Source: Octopus vulgaris (lineage: Eukaryota). Taken from it: a DNA stretch of 64,000 bases. The notes below the pieces were generated by a model. That model was given only the letters and a program-made list of their open reading frames with translations, did not search any database and was not told the DNA's origin. Each line of letters begins with the position of its first letter. The stretch's first letter is position 1. Below, one piece after another: positions 58,230-64,000 of the stretch. Made by a program: the position numbers and the translations under genes. The stretch covers positions 191,704,001-191,768,000 of the forward strand of contig OX597814.1 of assembly GCA_951406725.2 (NCBI GenBank), written 5' to 3'.

Positions 58230-59200
58230 TATTTATGTGTTTGGGACAGGATAAACTGGAATAAGATGCAGTTTGACTTTGTACTTAAAAGATTTCTCTC
58301 TAATGCTATCTCCCTGATGAAGCATCTGCAAGTGATATACTCATGTAGAGTTTATCCTCTATATATAACCTCAAGAGGGCTATTGGCAGGATTCTTCACA
58401 CTGTTATTTGTTAGGCAGTAAGATGGCTAGCTTTACAGCAGTGCCAAGTAACGGTCTAACAAGCTGTGTACAGGAATGCAGTGAACAAATGGGAATTAAC
58501 AAATGAGTACTGTGGTGAATATTCTGTGCTGGTAGCAGTCCATCAGTGCTCTTTTGTTTGTTATGGTCCTTCAAACTATGACAGAGCTGTTTCAGACAGG
58601 CTTTTTGTGGGAACATCTGTATGCTGATAACCTTATTCTTATAGCAGAATCTGTGGAAGTTTTGGAAATAGCTGCAATGATTTAGGCATTTGTATGAATG
58701 AGCGGGACGCAAGAGCACCATACGAGCAGGATTGTTGCCAGAGTGGCTAACTAGCTTCCGTGCCAGTGGCACATAAAAAGCAACATTCAATTGTGATCGT
58801 TGCCTGTGTTGCCTTCTTGGCACTTGTGCCGGTGGTACATGAAAAAACATTCGAGCGAGGTCTTCGCCAGTACCACCTAACTGGCCCCCGTGCCGGTGGC
58901 ATATAAAAGCACCCACTACACTCTCGGAGTGGTTGGCGTTAGGAAGGGCATCCAGCTGTAGAAACTCTGCCAGATCAAGATTGGAGCCTGGTGCAGCCAT
59001 CTGGTTTGCCAGACCTCATTCAAATCATCCAACCCACGCTAGCATGGAAAGCGGACGTTAGACGACGATGATGATGAGGCGAGCAGCATAAAATTGTGTG
59101 AAGTACTCAAAGTGGACAGTACCTATGAAAGAGGAAGTCCTAGAAAGACATTCAATGAATTGGTAAAATCATATCTCAAAATGCTGAATGTCACAAAGCA
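58230..59200 (+). mobile_element. Old decayed RTE LINE interrupted by a younger RTE 3'-UTR copy (~58700-59078)
   Basis: NKMQFDFV..NAISLMKHLQ corresponds to EMQFGFV..DAIFLVRQLQ; LWEHLYADNLILIAES; after the insert, RGSPRKTFNELVK. Confidence 0.8.
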
Positions 59201-62200
59201 GGATCATCCTGATGACTTTACTGCTGGCTTGGACATTTTGTGTCCATTCTGTGACTTTTTTGATTGAAAACAATATTCAAGAAACTGAATATAGTAAGTG
59301 TTGAGCATTGACATTGTATTGGTTTAATTGAAATTTATGTATGACTCTGCTGTGGTCATCCAGCAGCTTGTTGCTCTTCTCTTTCATGATACTACATACA
59401 TTTGCCTGGTAAGTGCACAGAAAGTCAATAAACTATGAGACTATCCATGTATTTTATAATCTGACAGGTGCCACATAACTTCTGATGTTTTGTTCCTTCT
59501 TGAGCCATGCCTGGCTCATAAGGGCCGGTTTCCTTGGCGTATAGGTTCCCCACCTGTCCGTCGCAGGTGAGCTGCAAGATGCTGGAGGAAAGAGTAAGAG
59601 AGAGTTGTGGCGAAAGAGTCTGCAGAAGTACGCCATTACCATCTGCTGGAGAAGTGTGGAGCTTAGGTGTTTCTCTCATAAACACACACATCGCCCAGTC
59701 TGATATTCGAACCCGTGATCCCTCGACCGTGAGTTCGCTGCTCTAACCACTAGGCCATGTGCATAATAAAAATTGATTTCATCAGGTCCATTTTAATTCT
59801 CATTTTCTCTTTGCTTTGTTCTTAACATCCAGTGTACTATCAATTTTAATTCTTACTCAATCATGTCATTTGAACTTATACATAAAAATGTATTTGACAC
59901 TCTTAACTGATGAACATACCACCAAGTATATATGAGCTCAATATTTTCTGAAAAGGTATCTTTTCAAATGCTCTGTATATCAGTTGTCAACAGGAAAGTT
60001 TCCAAACGGTTAGTTTCTCAATTATTCCTTCTGCTGTATGCAGGATAACCCTTAATATTTTCTAAAAAATTACATTGCAAAGTTTTTCAGACATTGTCTA
60101 TTCATCATGTAGATGGATTTTGGGTTTTCCGTTCCATAAATCTCAAGTATTACCAAAGCTCTGCCTAATTCTCAAAACGGATCATTTTACTCTGGAATCA
60201 CAACCAACACAATTGGCTCTATTTATCTTGTTCTGATTTTTTCTTAACCCTATAGAATACTGATAATTATCATGTGGAAGTGTAGAAAACCTCCTTTCTG
60301 GAATTTAGTGTCATGTTCTCAACATCTACCATTAACTCATTAAGGGTAGCTTTTTAGACCCATGCCACCAGATCAAGTCTGTTTTGAGCCAGTTTTGTGC
60401 AGCTGAGATTGTTTATGATTTCTGGACACTTCGGGTAATATGTATATGTTAAAATTTAATTAGTTTCCACATAATTGCAAGCAATGGCCATGACTTCTTG
60501 ATAAAATTGCTGCATATTTCTGGGGCTTCCTGAAAAGATGAATTTAACTAAAAAAACTGAAATTCCCATTATTTTCTCTTATCAAATGATTTGCAATAGC
60601 AGAATGGTTAAATGTGAAGATGAATGAAGAGTGGGTGGTAGATGAATGAGCACTTGACAAGAGTAGAAGTGGGCGATAAGATAAAGTAGGTGAAGAATAA
60701 CAATAGAGATGGTTTAGAGGGGAGAGGGAGTGTGAACTGGCAGAACAGCATGAAGTTGGTTTATTGAATAGGGGTGAATGACCCATAGTATAAGGCAGCC
60801 TCCTATATGTAGGCTGAGAGATGTGATGTGGATGGTGTGGTGATAGGTGAGATGGAAGTCTTTGAGTGATAAGGAGATAAGGGTGAGCAGTAGGTACTTG
60901 TGAGGTGGGAGGGGGGTCAAGGATATAAAGAGAGGGGGCAGGTAATGTTGATCTGAACATGCAAATATTGTAGCCTTTAAATGTTACACTTGAGTATGTG
61001 TTTTCATGGGTGGCTGACACTCTTCTACTTTAGTCCCTATTCCCATCTCTTCATCCTTCTAGGATGCCCTCTAGTATTTTTCCCCTTCACAGCACCAATC
61101 CACTATTTCCCTCCATTCCTTTCTCTCTTCATTGTCTCCCCATCTACAATGCCTTTGCAGCATTCATGCTTTGCTCTTTCTCTTCCTTCTGCCCCTATGG
61201 TACCTTCTAGTGCCCCTCACCATCTGCTTTCTTTTCATGCACTGCTCAGCCCCCAGATTCTGTGGCTCCTTAAAATTCTTTCTTACCCTCACCCCTACTT
61301 CAGTTGACACACCCCTACAATCCCCTTCACTTTCCTTCAGTTTTTCCCTTGGGCTTTCTTCTCACCCACTAGTCAAGTTGATCCCTTCTTGCCTCCTTTC
61401 CGTCATACTTTGGCCAACCATACTTCTTTCCTTTAATAACTTGCCCAAGATTCCTTTTCACTCTAGCCTATTGCTACCTTGTCCCCTTTTCTACCTACTC
61501 TGTCTATGTGCTCCTTATAGTGTTGGGTAGCCCCAGAGCATCCCTTATGCAAAACCCACCCAGCAGGTTTTTAATTTTACCCCACCTTCCACCTTTTTTC
61601 AACTCAGGCACTAATCCCTTCTCTCACCCTTGTTCATTACCAGATCTGCCCATCCTCATACCTACCCTCTTTTATTCTCCCTCAGTTATAGGAGCCACTT
61701 TAGACCCTTAGCCCTACAAGTTATGAGTGACCACAAAAAAGTACCCTGTGCAGCTGTAAAGTGATTGGTATTAAGAAAAAAAACATCCAACCATAGAAAC
61801 TGTGTCAAAGTAGACATTGGTACACGATGCAGTTCTATAGCTCTTCTGACCCTATCAAACCATGTAACTCGTGTCAGCATAGAAGCAAGATGTTAAATTA
61901 TATTCATATAAGCCATATGTGTGTGTGTCAGCAGACACTGGAGTACAATGCAGTTGTCAGATTTATCAGAACCTCTGAAACCATACAACCCAAGCCAGTA
62001 TGGAACACGGACGTTTAATGATTGTGATAGTTGTGCCATTTTATGTCATCATCATCATTTGCGGTCTGTTTTTCCATACTGTCATAGGTTGGATGCTTTG
62101 ACAGGAGCTGGTAAGGCCAGGGGCTGCACCAGGTTCTATAGTCTGTTTTCAGTTGGTTTCTACAGATGGATGCCCTTCCCTAACACTCCAGTGTCTCACA

Positions 62201-62547
62201 TCTATAAAGAAGTTTGCTGAGGATGTAAGCTCTGTAGACTGCAGTTTTGTTGTGTGTGTAGACAATTTGCCGATTGGACAATAAGTCGACATGCGCAAGT
62301 ATCGATCATGGAGTTTATTTTTTCAAAATGTCGACATATTGTCCTTTCGGCAAATTGTTCAGTTGGTCAATTGTCCAGTCTGAAAGTTGTCTGTCAGCCA
62401 ATTGTCTGCCGGCCAACTATCTGTCAACGAATTGTCCGGCTACCATTTTGTTGTATGCTATTTGCACACAGTTCTTCATTCTCATTATCATCCTAGCTAG
62501 TCTTGAGGTTTTTCCTCAAATGCATCTGTTGATCTTAGACTCTGGAA

Positions 62548-62763
62548 CAGTGGTCCTCAATCATTTTTTTCCTATGGGCCCCTTTGATTCCTTTTTCACT
62601 TGGAGTAAGGGGCTCAGCCATTCAATCCTGAAAATTATATTTTTATAATTAAATATTAGGAATTTCATAAATTAAAATATTTAGTATATTGTAGAAGTAT
62701 AAACTATTTACTACACATAAATTAACAGTAAAATCTTATATGGACCCCAGTTGAAACTAACTG
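62548..62763. mobile_element. hAT (Charlie/MER5-like) MITE; related inverted copy at ~17551-17866
   Basis: CAGTGGTCCTCAA...TTGAAACTAACTG ends; shares internal AAAATCTTATATGGACCC with the 17.6 kb copy. Confidence 0.6.
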
Positions 62764-62879
62764 CTCTAGAGAGAGAGGTTACCTGTGCTGAAGGATACAC
62801 TACTTCCAGCTCATAATTGTTGAGGGAGGTTTTCAACACCTTGTCTTGGCACCTTCACACTTTTTCAGATTGATGGTCA

Positions 62880-63155
62880 ACTTGAAGTCTTAACAAGCTT
62901 TTGTTAGACTGTCTCTGAAGCATTGTAGTTGCTGTACCAAGTGTGTTACCAGTGCTACACAATCCATAAACAGCAAGTCTCTGAATACACCTTTTCAGGA
63001 ATTTTCTGCAATTTGTGTTGGGCTATGCAAGTGAAGATCTTCTCCATGGTGCTCAGCAACGAGACTCGCATGTAGTTATTGCAGTCACTTCTACCACCTT
63101 TATTTTTGACAATATTGCAGTCTCTCATATTCTGTAATACTTCTTTCCAGCATTG
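62880..63155 (-). mobile_element. Decayed LINE RT fragment (RTE-like)
   Basis: KNKGGRSDCNNYMRVSLLSTMEKIF corresponds to KG..DC.NYRGISLLS..K. Confidence 0.7.
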
Positions 63156-63813
63156 GTACATTTTTTTTTTGTGAGTGGTGCAATAAGATGTCCTTTATTT
63201 ATTTATTTATATATATATACTCTATGGACTCTGGAATGGCATCCAAATCTGGTGCCTTCTCAGTGGAAAACAGTTAATAAGTTTACTCAGCTCTTCAGCA
63301 GTCAGCAATACATCTACTTCTATCACTGGAAGGTATTCAGCAATACCTAGCACATTGACAGTGTGTTTGTATGTGCTTCACCCTGCACATATATGATCAT
63401 TATTTAATGTGTTTTTCCAAGTTGGAAGGTTTGACAGGAGATGCACTAAGCTCCAATTGTCTGTTTTAGCAAGGTTTCTATGGTAGGATGCCTTACCAAA
63501 CACCAGCAACTTTGTAGAGTGTAGTGAGTACTTTTTACATGGTACCTGTATGAGGCTTATAATTTCTTGGCTCAAATCTTCAAATTATAGTTATCATGGA
63601 GATATAGGTGATTGTATTATTTTATTCTTTTATTTGTTTCAGCCATTTGATTGCGGCCATGCTGGAGCACCGCTTTTAGTCGAGCAAATCAACCCCAGGA
63701 CTTATTCTTTGTAAGCCTAGTACTTATTCTATCGGTCTCTTTTGCCGAATTGCTAAGTGACGGGGACGTAAATACACCGGCATTGGTTGTCAAGTGATGT
63801 TGGGGTGACACAA

Positions 63814-63846
<33 letters not shown>

Positions 63847-64000
63847 CGACCGGCTACTTTCAGTTTCCATCTACCAAATCCACTCACAAGACTTTGGTTG
63901 GCCCAAGGCTATAGTAGAAGGCACTTGCCCAAAGCGCCATGCAGGGACTGAACCCGGAACCATGTGGTTGGTAAGCAAGCTACTTACCACACAGCCACTC

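Overview
AT-rich, extremely repeat-dense eukaryotic DNA. The SINE set, RTE LINEs and very long (TA/CA/GAT/AAT) microsatellites suggest a cephalopod (octopus-like) genome; this is inferred from repeat content, not checked. Nearly every ORF in the supplied track is a microsatellite or transposon artefact. One host-gene exon is supported: the first coding exon of a ceramide synthase (CerS/LASS, 49437-49621, +), preceded by a CpG-richer putative promoter/5'UTR region and followed by a ~4 kb compound microsatellite in the intron. The window also has a CpG-decayed U6 snRNA pseudogene, a 5'-truncated RTE LINE with a PHD-like finger, many Dong/R4-type (REL endonuclease) LINE remnants, a deleted mariner, a Helitron, MITEs and a Penelope remnant. 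Three observations stand out. (1) Foldback elements in (TA)n carry minimal hammerhead ribozyme motifs, including a U3:A8 compensatory-core variant present in two separate insertions. (2) A tRNA-derived SINE is inserted as dimers/trimers inside a single TSD, with a recurrent junction at its anticodon-position hairpin loop. (3) A hairpin motif from the RTE 3' UTR forms repeat-spacer modules and has expanded into a ~0.7 kb array. All coordinates and alignments were read by eye.
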